This document shows, one piece after another, positions 9,578-19,049 of a DNA stretch of 64,000 nucleotides (positions are counted from its first letter, which is position 1; every line of letters begins with the position of its first letter). This DNA is from an uncultured Spirochaetaceae bacterium (GTDB taxonomy: Bacteria; Spirochaetota; Spirochaetia; DSM-27196; SLST01): assembly GCA_964599075.1 (NCBI GenBank), contig CAZREG010000002.1, forward strand, positions 40,176-104,175, read 5' to 3'. The translations under genes were made by a program, and so were the position numbers. Under the pieces are notes generated by a model. The model had not been told where the DNA came from, did not search any database, and saw only the letters and a program-made list of their open reading frames with translations.

Positions 9578-10429
9578 TCATCCAAAGTAGGAGATACGAA
9601 AGTCATCTTCATTCGTAAATCCCAGATTCGTGTACATCCGAAGGGCAGGGCCGTTATCTTTCTTCACAAACAAGGTAGAGCTTTTATGATCACCGCTTAT
9701 GTGCTTCATGAGCTCGGTCATCAGATAGCTTGACAAGCCACGGGAGCGAAGTCGCTTTTCTGTAAAAACACCACCGATCTGATCATAGAAGATACCACGG
9801 GCATTGGTCCCTACCTTCGCAACCGGCACCTTTTGGAGCTCAGCAAAGAGCACCAGCTGCTTCTGCAGCGTCTCCTCCAGGTGCCGCCTGCTTGCCCCGG
9901 CCTGGAACGTATTGCCGGGCAACAACACCTCTTCTATCTCATACTTCTTTTGTATGTCAAATAGCCTGTCGACATCCCGAACGGATGCCTCGTAGACCTC
10001 CAGTCCGTCCGGAAGTCGCGGGAAGGTGCGATCCACCGGAAGCTGGGACTGAACCATGAGATAGTAATCCAGGTGCGCAACCGGCTCCCGGCGTATCGCC
10101 TGCTCGAAGGCAACGACATCACTCTGCGATCCCATGACGGAGTAGATGCGGAGAGACGGACGGGCAAGCTTCTCTACAGCCGAGCGCTCTATAACGGGGT
10201 ACCGACGATCGAGCACCGGGAAAAAGAGGCCGGAGTGCAGCTGAAGGACGGCACCAGTGACTGACTCGCCTTCGGTTCTGACCAGGATCCGGGCCCGTCG
10301 TCGTGCGGGAATCACGACCTGGCCCCCATCGTAGATCTGCGAGGTGAAGCCGACGCATCCGGCCTCCCGTGGACCCAGGAATCTGAGCAGCGGGTCAATC
10401 ATGGGCTGATCAAGAGATGACCATTTCAT
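9578..10429 (-). CDS. GNAT-family N-acetyltransferase domain protein
   Basis: C-terminal acetyl-CoA binding-like segment QIGGVFTEKRLRSRGLSSYLMTELM...ALRMYTNLGF. N-terminal half unknown. Confidence 0.55.
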   Translation of the reverse strand: MKWSSLDQPMIDPLLRFLGPREAGCVGFTSQIYDGGQVVIPARRRARILVRTEGESVTGAVLQLHSGLFFPVLDRRYPVIERSAVEKLARPSLRIYSVMGSQSDVVAFEQAIRREPVAHLDYYLMVQSQLPVDRTFPRLPDGLEVYEASVRDVDRLFDIQKKYEIEEVLLPGNTFQAGASRRHLEETLQKQLVLFAELQKVPVAKVGTNARGIFYDQIGGVFTEKRLRSRGLSSYLMTELMKHISGDHKSSTLFVKKDNGPALRMYTNLGFTNEDDFRISYFG

Positions 10430-10434
10430 CGTGG

Positions 10435-12141
10435 CTACTCGGGGGGTGACACGGTCACCGGCATGGACCCCCGAGCCGGTATGCGGCCACTGAGTACTGA
10501 GAACCCGGCACGGATAGAGTCCTCGGCAAATCCAAAGACTGCCACCGCACTCTCAACCCAGGGCAGTTCGTAGAGGTAGATCGGGGTGAGCAGCGAGAAC
10601 ACTATGACCCGGGTATCGAGCGCCTCAGCGGATCTAAGAATCTCAAGGGTGTTGGGATCTGAGAGTGCAAAAATGACGGTGTCATACCGGGACAGCGCCA
10701 GGGAAAAGGCTGAGCGATCGCCATTGCTTGAGGTATAGAACGACGTTCCGCGCAGACGCAAGGTGTCCGCCTCGGGGTAGAACTCCCGGGCAATCGAGAG
10801 CAGTGCGGCATTCCGGCTTACAACAAGCAAGCGCTCATTCGATTGCGGTGCAAATGGTATCTGCTGGTTACGAATCACGGTGACACTTCGGGCCGACTGC
10901 TCCTGAAAGAACAGATCCGGCTGGTCGTCACGAATGAGCGCCTCTACCGCTTCCATCTTTGGCAGGAGTGGAACTGAGCTCTCGGGCTTCAGATACTCCA
11001 GCTTGAGCCGGAGAATGTTGCGTACAGCAACCTCTACCTGCTCCCGAAACCCCTGGTCGCGCTCGTAGACCGATAGCAGATGATCAACTATCGCGCCATC
11101 CACTACGGGCGTCTGTGAGAGCAGGATAAGGTCGCTGCCGTTTCGCAGTGCCGCCTCTATGATCTGCTCAATACCCCAGCTCCTGTCGTACTCCCAGGCC
11201 CCCTGCATATAGAGATCATCGGTGATAACGACCCCGTCAAAACCGAGTTGCTCCCGAAGCAGCTCCTGCTTGAAGAAGTGTGAGAGTGAGGCGGGAACCC
11301 TGCTGTTCGTGATCTGCGGATAGCTGAGATGCCCGGAGAGTATAGCAGGAATCCCCTCCCGAATCAGAAATCGGAACGGCACGAGATCCCGCTCCCAGAG
11401 CTCCTCGAGCGTATCATCTATTTCCGGGAGTACGCCGTGACTGTCTCCATCAGCATTCCCATGACCTGGGAAGTGCTTCGCCGTGGCTATGACACGGGCC
11501 TGTTCAAGTCCATGAAAGAAGGCGACCCCCAGGATGCCGCTGGCGACCGGATCGCTGGAAAAGGCACGAGGTCCAATGACATGCGCCTCAGGATTGATGT
11601 AGACGTCCACCGTCGGGGCGAAGTTCATGTTGATGCCCAGCGCCCGCAGCTCCATCCCTATGTAGTATCCGCTCCAGTAGGCGTCTGAAGGCAAGCCGCT
11701 TGCTCCAATGGCCATGTTCCCCGGTGTCACGGAAGTGGTGAGTTCTCCTGAGCCCTTTATGTGGCGGACCCATCCTCCCTCCTGGTCGGTGGCGGTGAAC
11801 AGGGGAATCTCCAGTCGGTGTGCAGCCGCCCGTGTCTGCATGGTGGAGATGGCCCGGGCCAGGGTAGCAAGGTTGTTCCCGTTCCAGCCAAACACCTTGA
11901 TGCCGCCCAGGCTGGTGGAATCAATCCACTGGAGTATATCTCTGCTCGGTGGTTCGCCTTCCCAGCCAACAAGCAGAGTCTGGGCAACTCTCTCAGCGGG
12001 GCTCATGTCGGCGACAAGTCGATCGATAAGCTCTTCATCCGGCAGATCATCCCAAAAAGAGAGCGCACCCGCGTGGGGGATCACCAGCCCTGACCCAAGG
12101 ATCAGTACGAGAAACAGGATTGTCTTACGTGTACATCTCAC
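10435..12141 (-). CDS. Secreted glycoside hydrolase family 3 (NagZ-like beta-N-acetylhexosaminidase)
   Basis: KHFPGHG motif, GH3 N-terminal domain signature, N-terminal signal peptide. Confidence 0.8.
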   Translation of the reverse strand: MRCTRKTILFLVLILGSGLVIPHAGALSFWDDLPDEELIDRLVADMSPAERVAQTLLVGWEGEPPSRDILQWIDSTSLGGIKVFGWNGNNLATLARAISTMQTRAAAHRLEIPLFTATDQEGGWVRHIKGSGELTTSVTPGNMAIGASGLPSDAYWSGYYIGMELRALGINMNFAPTVDVYINPEAHVIGPRAFSSDPVASGILGVAFFHGLEQARVIATAKHFPGHGNADGDSHGVLPEIDDTLEELWERDLVPFRFLIREGIPAILSGHLSYPQITNSRVPASLSHFFKQELLREQLGFDGVVITDDLYMQGAWEYDRSWGIEQIIEAALRNGSDLILLSQTPVVDGAIVDHLLSVYERDQGFREQVEVAVRNILRLKLEYLKPESSVPLLPKMEAVEALIRDDQPDLFFQEQSARSVTVIRNQQIPFAPQSNERLLVVSRNAALLSIAREFYPEADTLRLRGTSFYTSSNGDRSAFSLALSRYDTVIFALSDPNTLEILRSAEALDTRVIVFSLLTPIYLYELPWVESAVAVFGFAEDSIRAGFSVLSGRIPARGSMPVTVSPPE

Positions 12142-13130
12142 CGACTCGCGAGTATACCAGTCTCACGGGAGTTCGCAAAGATATCCGCGTGCTCCTGGAT
12201 ATGAGCCGCCGCACGATGGGCGGCCACCGCACCCTCGCCGGCGGCAACAACCAGCTGTCGAAAAGGGGTCGCGCGCACATCACCTACTGCGTAGAGTCCG
12301 GGGATTGATGTTTCCATGTTCTGGTCGGTTATCACGTACCCTGCCTCATTCTTGGGAAGGGTTGGGACAAGCTCAGTGTGGGGGTTGGAACCTATGAACA
12401 CGAACACCGCGTCGGTCTCGTGCTGCTCCCGTTCACCGGTTACCGTGTCTTCGAGTGTCACCGCAGAAACCTTCTCAAACCCCATGGTGTTCTTCTGGCC
12501 ATGAATTGAAACAACTCTCCGATTGAATCGAACATCTATGGACGGATTATCAAGCACACGAGCTGCAACGGCCTGCTGCGCCCGGAATCGCTCGCGGCGG
12601 TGCACAAGCGTGATCGTGTCCGAAAGCTGGGAGAGAAATGTAGCCTCATCACATGCGGCGTCTCCACCTCCCACCACCAGAATCCGCTGGTTGCGGAAGA
12701 ACGGACCGTCACAGGTTGCGCAATAGGAGACGCCACGGCCGGCAAGCTCCTTCTCCCCCGGCACACCGAGGTGTCGGTGTCGCGCCCCGGTTGCAAGAAT
12801 CACGGTGCGTGCGGTGATCAATCCCTCACTTGTCTCAAGCTCAAACACGTCTCCTGGTTTGTCCATCCGGCTCACGCCGGCGATCAGAAACTGTGCCCCG
12901 AACTGGCGCGCCTGGCGTTCAAACCGCTCGGTGAACTCATACCCGTTGATGGGTTCGGGAAAGCCGGGATAGTTCTCAAGGCCATCGATCTGGAGACACT
13001 GGCCACCGTTGGCTGTCTGCTCAATGACGAGTGTCGAGAGGTTGGCCCGGGCTCCGTACTGAGCGGCGGTGAGGCCTGCGGCCCCCGCACCAATCACTGC
13101 AAGGTCGTACTGTCTGGAATCGGCATTCAT
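12138..13130 (-). CDS. trxB: Thioredoxin-disulfide reductase
   Basis: GAGAAGLTAA FAD site, redox-active CATCDG, GGGDAACDEA NADPH site. Confidence 0.9.
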   Translation of the reverse strand: MNADSRQYDLAVIGAGAAGLTAAQYGARANLSTLVIEQTANGGQCLQIDGLENYPGFPEPINGYEFTERFERQARQFGAQFLIAGVSRMDKPGDVFELETSEGLITARTVILATGARHRHLGVPGEKELAGRGVSYCATCDGPFFRNQRILVVGGGDAACDEATFLSQLSDTITLVHRRERFRAQQAVAARVLDNPSIDVRFNRRVVSIHGQKNTMGFEKVSAVTLEDTVTGEREQHETDAVFVFIGSNPHTELVPTLPKNEAGYVITDQNMETSIPGLYAVGDVRATPFRQLVVAAGEGAVAAHRAAAHIQEHADIFANSRETGILASR

Positions 13131-13213
13131 AAAAGTACCCTATATTAGTATTTCTTTATATAGTATCTCGGTTTTACCGGCGGAGGTCAACTGGAACTAT
13201 AGCAACTCAGCGC

Positions 13214-13241
13214 TCAACGGGATAGCCCGGAAGGCCGATAC
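13214..13241 (+). promoter_or_regulatory. Sigma28 (FliA)-type promoter of the flgN-flgK-flgL-fliW-csrA operon
   Basis: TCAA-N16-GCCGATAC. The -10 matches the GCCGATAA/T consensus at 7 of 8 positions. The -35 is weaker (TCAA versus TAAA). Confidence 0.5.
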
Positions 13242-13275
13242 AGAGAGAGAGACCATGATGTCTGACGGAGGAAGC

Positions 13276-13764
13276 ATGTCGGCCGAGCAGTTGTGTGAAC
13301 TTCTCACAAAGCAGAGCGAGGGAATTGAAGCGTTTGGTGTGCTCGAGCAGCGGATGCAGCGCGCCGTGATTGCCCAGGAATGGGCTGAACTTGACCGGGT
13401 AATCCCTGCCAGCGAAGCACTGGCTGAGCAACTGGAACTGCTTGATCAGAGACGGCACCAGCTTGTTAGCCAAATGAAGCGTTCGCACGGGGTTCCGCCT
13501 GACGCGCCGTTCGGCGAGCTTCTGGTGCATCTGCCTGCAGAGAGACGGCGGTTGCTGGCCACTGCGTTTCGTGGTCTGCAGGTGGCGGTGCTTCGGGTGA
13601 AGAGCCTGACGAACGGAATAGACTCTTACGTACGGGGGGCGGTCAAGGCCACCAACCGGTTGATGCACGAGGTTTTTCCTGATCATCGCGGAACGCTTTA
13701 TTCCCGCCTTGGCAGACGATCGCCGGCCGACGGACGGGCAATTGTGCTTGATCGCAAGCTGTAG
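13276..13764 (+). CDS. FlgN-like flagellar export chaperone (putative)
   Basis: About 160-aa helical protein directly upstream of flgK-flgL, the usual FlgN position. GGAGGAA SD before ATG 13276. The track ORF from 13069 overlaps trxB and the promoter and is spurious. Confidence 0.5.
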   Translation: MSAEQLCELLTKQSEGIEAFGVLEQRMQRAVIAQEWAELDRVIPASEALAEQLELLDQRRHQLVSQMKRSHGVPPDAPFGELLVHLPAERRRLLATAFRGLQVAVLRVKSLTNGIDSYVRGAVKATNRLMHEVFPDHRGTLYSRLGRRSPADGRAIVLDRKL

Positions 13765-13775
13765 GGAGTAGTCAG

Positions 13776-15650
13776 ATGCAATCGACATTTTCCGGTATTG
13801 AGCTTGGCAAAAGAAGCCTCTTTGCGCAGAATCGCGGGCTGCAGACCGTCGGGCATAACCTCAGTAATGCCTCGGTTGACGGATACTCCCGACAGCGTGT
13901 TGAGTTCGCTCCCACTGATCCCCTCTACCGGCCGCAGCTCAACCGCGCTGAGACGCCGGGACAGATAGGGCAGGGAGTGGACATTGTGCGAGTCACCCGT
14001 ATCCGTGACATGTTGCTTGAGGGCCGGATTGTCAGTCAGACAAGCAGCGAAGGCTACTGGGAGAGCCGAGACAGCTACGTACGGATGCTTGAACAGATCT
14101 ACAACGAGCCCGCTGACATCAGTGTCCGCAACCTCATGGATCGCTTCTGGGACGGTTGGCAGGAGCTCAGCCTCTTTCCGGAGCAGACCGCAGCGCGCCA
14201 GCAGGTGATCACGCGCGGGCAGGCACTTGTGGAAGGAATCCAGAACCGCTATCAGAACCTGGAAGATATCCGCAGCATGCTCGAGGATGAGATCCAGATA
14301 ACGGTTGATCAGGTGAACACCTTGACCAGAGAGATCGCCGCACTCAACGAAGAGATCGTGAAGGTTCAGGCCGCCGGTGACAATCCAAACGACTGGATGG
14401 ATCAGCGCGATCGCCGGGTAGAGCAGCTCTCCCGTCTGATCAATGTCACTATTGAAACCACGGACGCTGATGAGTTCAACGTCCATACCGGCGGGCGGCA
14501 GCTTGTGCAGGGCAGGGTTGCCATTGCACTGGGCACACAGACCGATGTTCTCAATGAAGGTTTCAGTCGCGTCACCTGGGCCGAAGGCGGGGAGACCGCC
14601 CGCTTTTCTGACGGCAAACTCGCCGCCCTTGTTGAGCTTCGTGATGTAGACGTGCGTTCGGAGATTCAGAGCCTGGACAACATGACCATCAACTTCGTCG
14701 ATCTGGTGAATGAGACTCACAGCGAAGGGTTCGGGCTGGACGGCAGCACCGGAAACGACTTCTTTGTAGAGTATCCGTTTGTTAACAACGTGCTTGGCAA
14801 TTTTGACCGCACCGGTGACGGAGCGTTTGACTCCAGCTACATCTACCGGGTCTCGGGGGCGAATGAGCTCAGCGGGCAGGACCAGATCGGGCTTGGAGGG
14901 ACCATGACGTTCTCAGGCCCGTCGGGCATAGTCACCGTTGATTACAATCCCACCGACACGGTTGCAGACGTAGTCAACCGGATAAACTTCTCCGCGAGTG
15001 AAGTGGTTGCCCGGTTGGACAACAACGGCAGACTTACTCTCAAAGGAGCGCCGGCTGAGCAGCCGGTGAACCCCGACTTTGTGATTCGCTACATTGAGGA
15101 TACCGGACAGTTCCTCGCCGGCTACGCCGGGATCCTTCAGGGAAGTGGCCCTGAGAACGCCTACAGCTGGGATCAGGCGGACGCCGTTACGCTCCTGCGC
15201 GGCGACGGCGGCTACGCGGTAGCACCACTGTCGCATCCCTCCGGGTGGATCGGTGTGAATCAGGAGATCATCCGGGAACCGGCCCGAGTGGCTGCAAGCC
15301 TTGGATCAGTCGGGCGACCAGGAAATCCGGGCGACGGCAGCGCGGCGCTGCAGATAGCGTCTCTGCGAAACACGCCGGTGATGGTGGGACAGATCTACAG
15401 TTTTGATGACTACTTCGCGGACACCGTCTCGAATGTTGCCCTCAAGGGTGAAGAGGCTGAGCTCTCGCTGATGACGCAGAACGCAATCATGAAGGATCTC
15501 AGGGACACCCGCGCAAGTATCAGCGGCGTGAACATAGATGAGGAGATCTCCCAGATGATCAAGTTCCAGCACGGCTATTCTGCCGCGGCCCGGTTTATCA
15601 CAGAAGTGGATCGGATGCTCGATACCATAATCAATCGCATGGGAGTGTAG
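13776..15650 (+). CDS. flgK: Flagellar hook-associated protein 1
   Basis: N-terminal MQSTFSGIELGKRSL...LQTVGHNLSNA and C-terminal ISGVNIDEEISQMIKFQHGYSAAARFI rod/hook family termini. Confidence 0.9.
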   Translation: MQSTFSGIELGKRSLFAQNRGLQTVGHNLSNASVDGYSRQRVEFAPTDPLYRPQLNRAETPGQIGQGVDIVRVTRIRDMLLEGRIVSQTSSEGYWESRDSYVRMLEQIYNEPADISVRNLMDRFWDGWQELSLFPEQTAARQQVITRGQALVEGIQNRYQNLEDIRSMLEDEIQITVDQVNTLTREIAALNEEIVKVQAAGDNPNDWMDQRDRRVEQLSRLINVTIETTDADEFNVHTGGRQLVQGRVAIALGTQTDVLNEGFSRVTWAEGGETARFSDGKLAALVELRDVDVRSEIQSLDNMTINFVDLVNETHSEGFGLDGSTGNDFFVEYPFVNNVLGNFDRTGDGAFDSSYIYRVSGANELSGQDQIGLGGTMTFSGPSGIVTVDYNPTDTVADVVNRINFSASEVVARLDNNGRLTLKGAPAEQPVNPDFVIRYIEDTGQFLAGYAGILQGSGPENAYSWDQADAVTLLRGDGGYAVAPLSHPSGWIGVNQEIIREPARVAASLGSVGRPGNPGDGSAALQIASLRNTPVMVGQIYSFDDYFADTVSNVALKGEEAELSLMTQNAIMKDLRDTRASISGVNIDEEISQMIKFQHGYSAAARFITEVDRMLDTIINRMGV

Positions 15651-15653
15651 TAG

Positions 15654-16898
15654 ATGCAACGCATAAGCACGAACATGCCCAACGACGACATGCAGTTTTA
15701 CGCGCGGCGTCGTGAGGCAATGCTTCTCAACACACAGAATCAGATTGCAAGTCAGAACCGAATCCAGCAGTTGCGGGATGACCCTGCTGCCGCTGCACAC
15801 GCAACCCGTCACCAAAGTTACATCTATCGCCTCGAGCGGTACGCGGACAATATTGAATATGCGCAATCCCGTCACCGCGAGAGCGAGGTCTACATGACCG
15901 AGGCGGTGAGTCTGCTGCAGCGCGCACGGGAGCTCGCACTCCAGGGCGCGAATGGTACCTATACCCAGGACGACCAGCGGGCAATGGCGTCGGAGGTCAA
16001 TCAACTTCTCAATCAGCTTGTGGAGACCGCCAATGCCCGAGGCGGCGACGGAACCATGCTTTTTGCCGGCGACAAGACCAAGACGCTGCCGTTCCGGGCA
16101 ATCGAGGGACGGGTTGAGGGGTTCGATCAGCCGGTAGTCGCCCAGGTCAGGTACCTCGGCACAATTGCCGAAAGCCAGACGGAGGTTGCAGACGGAAGCT
16201 ACCTTCCGCTTAATTTTCCAGGGAATCAGCTCTTCTGGGCAGAGAATCAGCAGCTCTTCTCGAGCGTGGATGCCACGAGCTACGTTGTTCAAGAGGAAAC
16301 CACACTGTCCATAAACGGGACCGAGGTCAGCCTGGCCGCCGGTGACAACGTCTACTCCGTCATTGCAAAGATCAACGAGTCTGGTGCACCGGTTGAGGCG
16401 CGCCTTGACCCGGTTCAGAGCTCACTGGTGCTGGAAACCACCTCGCCGCAACAGTTGTGGATAGATGAGCAGGGAGGGCAGGCGCTCTCCGACCTCGGCA
16501 TCCTGAGTAATCAGGGAAACCCGCCGCCGCAGAACATTGCCACGTCCGCCCGTTCGTTTGGAGGAAATGTCTTTGATATGCTCATTAATCTGCGCGACGA
16601 GCTGACGGCGGGCAATACGATTGATGTAGGTGGGAGGACCCTCGCCGGCATAGACTCGGCGCTGGGCAACGTGCTTGGTCGTCTTGGTGAGCTTGGAAGC
16701 TACGACGAACGGCTGCAGCTTGCGTATCAGCGCACTGAGAACACCATTCCGGAGATCACCGAGCGTTATTCGAACGCTGTTGATGTGGATATGACGGAGG
16801 CAATCACTGAACTTCGTATGCTTGAGCACACACACCAGGCCGCTCTTGGTGCGGCGGCGCGGATCATCCGACCGACACTTCTCGACTTTCTGAGGTAA
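15654..16898 (+). CDS. flgL: Flagellar hook-associated protein 3
   Basis: Flagellin-like N-terminus (MQRISTNM) and C-terminus (DMTEAITELRMLEHTHQAALGAAARI). Position after flgK. Confidence 0.85.
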   Translation: MQRISTNMPNDDMQFYARRREAMLLNTQNQIASQNRIQQLRDDPAAAAHATRHQSYIYRLERYADNIEYAQSRHRESEVYMTEAVSLLQRARELALQGANGTYTQDDQRAMASEVNQLLNQLVETANARGGDGTMLFAGDKTKTLPFRAIEGRVEGFDQPVVAQVRYLGTIAESQTEVADGSYLPLNFPGNQLFWAENQQLFSSVDATSYVVQEETTLSINGTEVSLAAGDNVYSVIAKINESGAPVEARLDPVQSSLVLETTSPQQLWIDEQGGQALSDLGILSNQGNPPPQNIATSARSFGGNVFDMLINLRDELTAGNTIDVGGRTLAGIDSALGNVLGRLGELGSYDERLQLAYQRTENTIPEITERYSNAVDVDMTEAITELRMLEHTHQAALGAAARIIRPTLLDFLR

Positions 16899-16900
16899 TC

Positions 16901-17344
16901 ATGACGATCGAGAGCAAGCCCTTCGGCCGAATCGAGGTAACTGAGCGGCAGATCATCAGCTTTCCGGTCGGTATCTTTGGATTCGAGTTCCTGCATGAGT
17001 ATGCGCTTCTGGATGCGGCTCAGCCCGGGTTCTACTGGTTGCAGAGCACTGAAGAGCCGGAGATAGCGTTCATTCTGCTCAATCCGTATGAGCTTAGAAG
17101 CGACTACGTGCTTGACATTGGAGAGGACGACCTGGAATTGATTCGGTACAATGAGGAGGAAGATCTTCTGGTGTTCGCGATCATCACCATTCCGGAAGAT
17201 CAAACACAGATCAGCGCAAACCTCGCGGGTCCGGTTCTCATCAACCGGGTGCATCAGCTTGGACGGCAGTGTATCCAGCAGAGCGGGATCTGGAGGACAA
17301 AGCACCTTCTGCGTGAAGAACTTGCACGTACAGGGGGGCAGTAG
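16901..17344 (+). CDS. fliW: Flagellar assembly factor FliW
   Basis: FGFE...FYWLQS...[10 protein letters not shown]...[10 protein letters not shown] motifs. Immediately upstream of csrA. Confidence 0.9.
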   Translation: MTIESKPFGRIEVTERQIISFPVGIFGFEFLHEYALLDAAQPGFYWLQSTEEPEIAFILLNPYELRSDYVLDIGEDDLELIRYNEEEDLLVFAIITIPEDQTQISANLAGPVLINRVHQLGRQCIQQSGIWRTKHLLREELARTGGQ

Positions 17345-17577
17345 TGCTCATCCTTGCACGAAAAGTGAACGAGAGCATCCTTATTGGCGATTCCATTGAG
17401 ATTTCGGTTGTGGACATAAAGGGCGACCAGGTAAAGATCGGCATCAAGGCGCCGCGAAACGTCAAGGTCTACCGTCAGGAAGTCTATGAGGCCATACAGC
17501 GTGAGAATCGTGCGGCAGCCGCGAGCGCGCGGGTTGAGAACCTGCCTGATCTCACCGGACGCACCAGGCCTCAGTAG
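17344..17577 (+). CDS. csrA: Carbon storage regulator CsrA (FliW-partnered type with C-terminal extension)
   Basis: [16 protein letters not shown]...[20 protein letters not shown] start overlaps the fliW TAG by 1 nt. Confidence 0.95.
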   Translation: MLILARKVNESILIGDSIEISVVDIKGDQVKIGIKAPRNVKVYRQEVYEAIQRENRAAAASARVENLPDLTGRTRPQ

Positions 17578-18327
17578 CTACGTGCGGGTAATTCCCATCT
17601 CAGCATCACTGACTCTTAGGTACAACGGTCCTGCATCTCTTGCATCCGGACCCTCTCGCTCCAACCATGCCGGGGCAAGCTCGGCAAGGTAGCGCGCCCA
17701 GCCACGACGTGCTCCCGGGTCCGCCTGGAGCCGGATCCAAGGCAGCTGCTCACTCTCCGGACAGCGGCTCCACTCCTCCACGAACCGGACCGCGTGAGGG
17801 CCGGTTACAACCACCGTCTCGCGTGATCCGCTACCCAGGTCACCGGCGTCCGTCCCGGATGCTTCCAGGAGTGCCGGGACTGCGAGCGGGGCGGCCAGAT
17901 CCACCGGTTCGCCCACCATCTGCCCTGCTACCGCCACTGCGGCGTAATACCGCCCCTTTCTGCCGTCTATCACGGCCAGCACCCGACCGGTGGGCGGCAG
18001 GGCACTTGCCATGGCGCTGAGGGTAGGCAGAGACACAACCGGTGGCTGGGCCAGCCGGCGCCGCGCCGCGACTGCCTCTGCAAGTCCTTTCGCTGTCGCC
18101 ATCCCGATTCTCAGTCCCGTGAATGAACCGGGACCGCGGCTGCATGCGATAAGCTCGACTGACTCAAACGCCGTCTCTGTCTGAGCAAGGAGTGTATCTA
18201 CGAAGCTCATTAGTTTTCCGGTGTGACGCAGACCGCGGTCACTTACCAGCGTGTGAGACCACTCACCGGGCTCTGCAATGGAGACGGACAGAATCTCGGT
18301 TGCCGTATCAAGCGCCACAACGATCAC
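17578..18327 (-). CDS. tsaB: tRNA t6A37 biosynthesis protein TsaB (YeaZ)
   Basis: ALDTATE...SRGPGSFTGLRIGMATAKGLA motif. Confidence 0.85.
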   Translation of the reverse strand: MIVVALDTATEILSVSIAEPGEWSHTLVSDRGLRHTGKLMSFVDTLLAQTETAFESVELIACSRGPGSFTGLRIGMATAKGLAEAVAARRRLAQPPVVSLPTLSAMASALPPTGRVLAVIDGRKGRYYAAVAVAGQMVGEPVDLAAPLAVPALLEASGTDAGDLGSGSRETVVVTGPHAVRFVEEWSRCPESEQLPWIRLQADPGARRGWARYLAELAPAWLEREGPDARDAGPLYLRVSDAEMGITRT

Positions 18328-18749
18328 GGATTAAGCTCCGGGTCGGGCAGAATTGAAATGGTTCGCTCACCAGTGGAACAGATCGTGATCTCGACGACAA
18401 ATTCGGGGTTCTCAAGTGCGCCTTCTGCACGTTCGGGCCACTCCACCAGCGTCACGCTGTCGCCAAACTGTTCGTCCACACCCAGCATCAGAAACTCTTC
18501 GGGCCCTGAAATCCGGTAGAGATCGATATGAAGCAGAGGTGGCACCGTGGGATACTCGTTGACAATGGTGAACGTGGGGCTGGTGACCGGCTCGGTAACG
18601 CCGAGTGCCTCGGCGACACCCCGGGCAAAAACGGTCTTTCCGGTGCCGAGCGGGCCCTTCAGGAAGACCAGATCACCGCCGGCAAGCCGTTTGCCAAGTC
18701 GGCCTCCAAGGTCAGCGGTCTGTTCCGCGGAAGCTGACCGGTAGCTCAG
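18324..18749 (-). CDS. tsaE: tRNA t6A37 biosynthesis ATPase TsaE (YjeE)
   Basis: My own translation upstream of track ORF 18324..18545 gives SAEQTADLGGRLGKRLAGGDLVFLKGPLGTGKTVFARGVAEALGV...SPTFTIVNEY, which holds the Walker A motif. There is no ATG, GTG or TTG in frame. The proposed start is CTG 18749, with GGAG 7 nt upstream. Confidence 0.8.
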   Translation of the reverse strand: MSYRSASAEQTADLGGRLGKRLAGGDLVFLKGPLGTGKTVFARGVAEALGVTEPVTSPTFTIVNEYPTVPPLLHIDLYRISGPEEFLMLGVDEQFGDSVTLVEWPERAEGALENPEFVVEITICSTGERTISILPDPELNP

Positions 18750-19012
18750 GGCAGCGCTCCATCTGCGAGAAGTCGCTCGACGTGAGCCTTGATGGTACGG
18801 GTGACTGGGATGAGGGGAGCATCGATCTCGTCAATTACCTTGACGGTGACGCTTCTCGAGCCAAAGGGATCAGACTCAACAACGAACTCAACCCTTTTGC
18901 GCACGGTTTGATCTCCGGTGTTCCTGAGCACCGCAACGGCGTGGTACCTGACCCGGTAGAGCAGGGGGTTGTCGTGTTTCGCTATGTCCTCGAGATCAAC
19001 GAGTTCCATCAC
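18746..19012 (-). CDS. Hypothetical 88-aa protein
   Basis: ORF with plausible composition. Its stop overlaps the proposed tsaE start (CTGA). No motif recognised. Confidence 0.4.
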   Translation of the reverse strand: MMELVDLEDIAKHDNPLLYRVRYHAVAVLRNTGDQTVRKRVEFVVESDPFGSRSVTVKVIDEIDAPLIPVTRTIKAHVERLLADGALP

Positions 19013-19049
19013 CAGATCCTATGCGCTGCGCTCGTCGGGGTCAATGTAC

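Noticed and set aside
13698-16292. 340-aa and 328-aa ORFs antisense to flgK and flgL
   Set aside because: Antisense shadow ORFs. flgK and flgL show conserved axial-protein termini on the plus strand.
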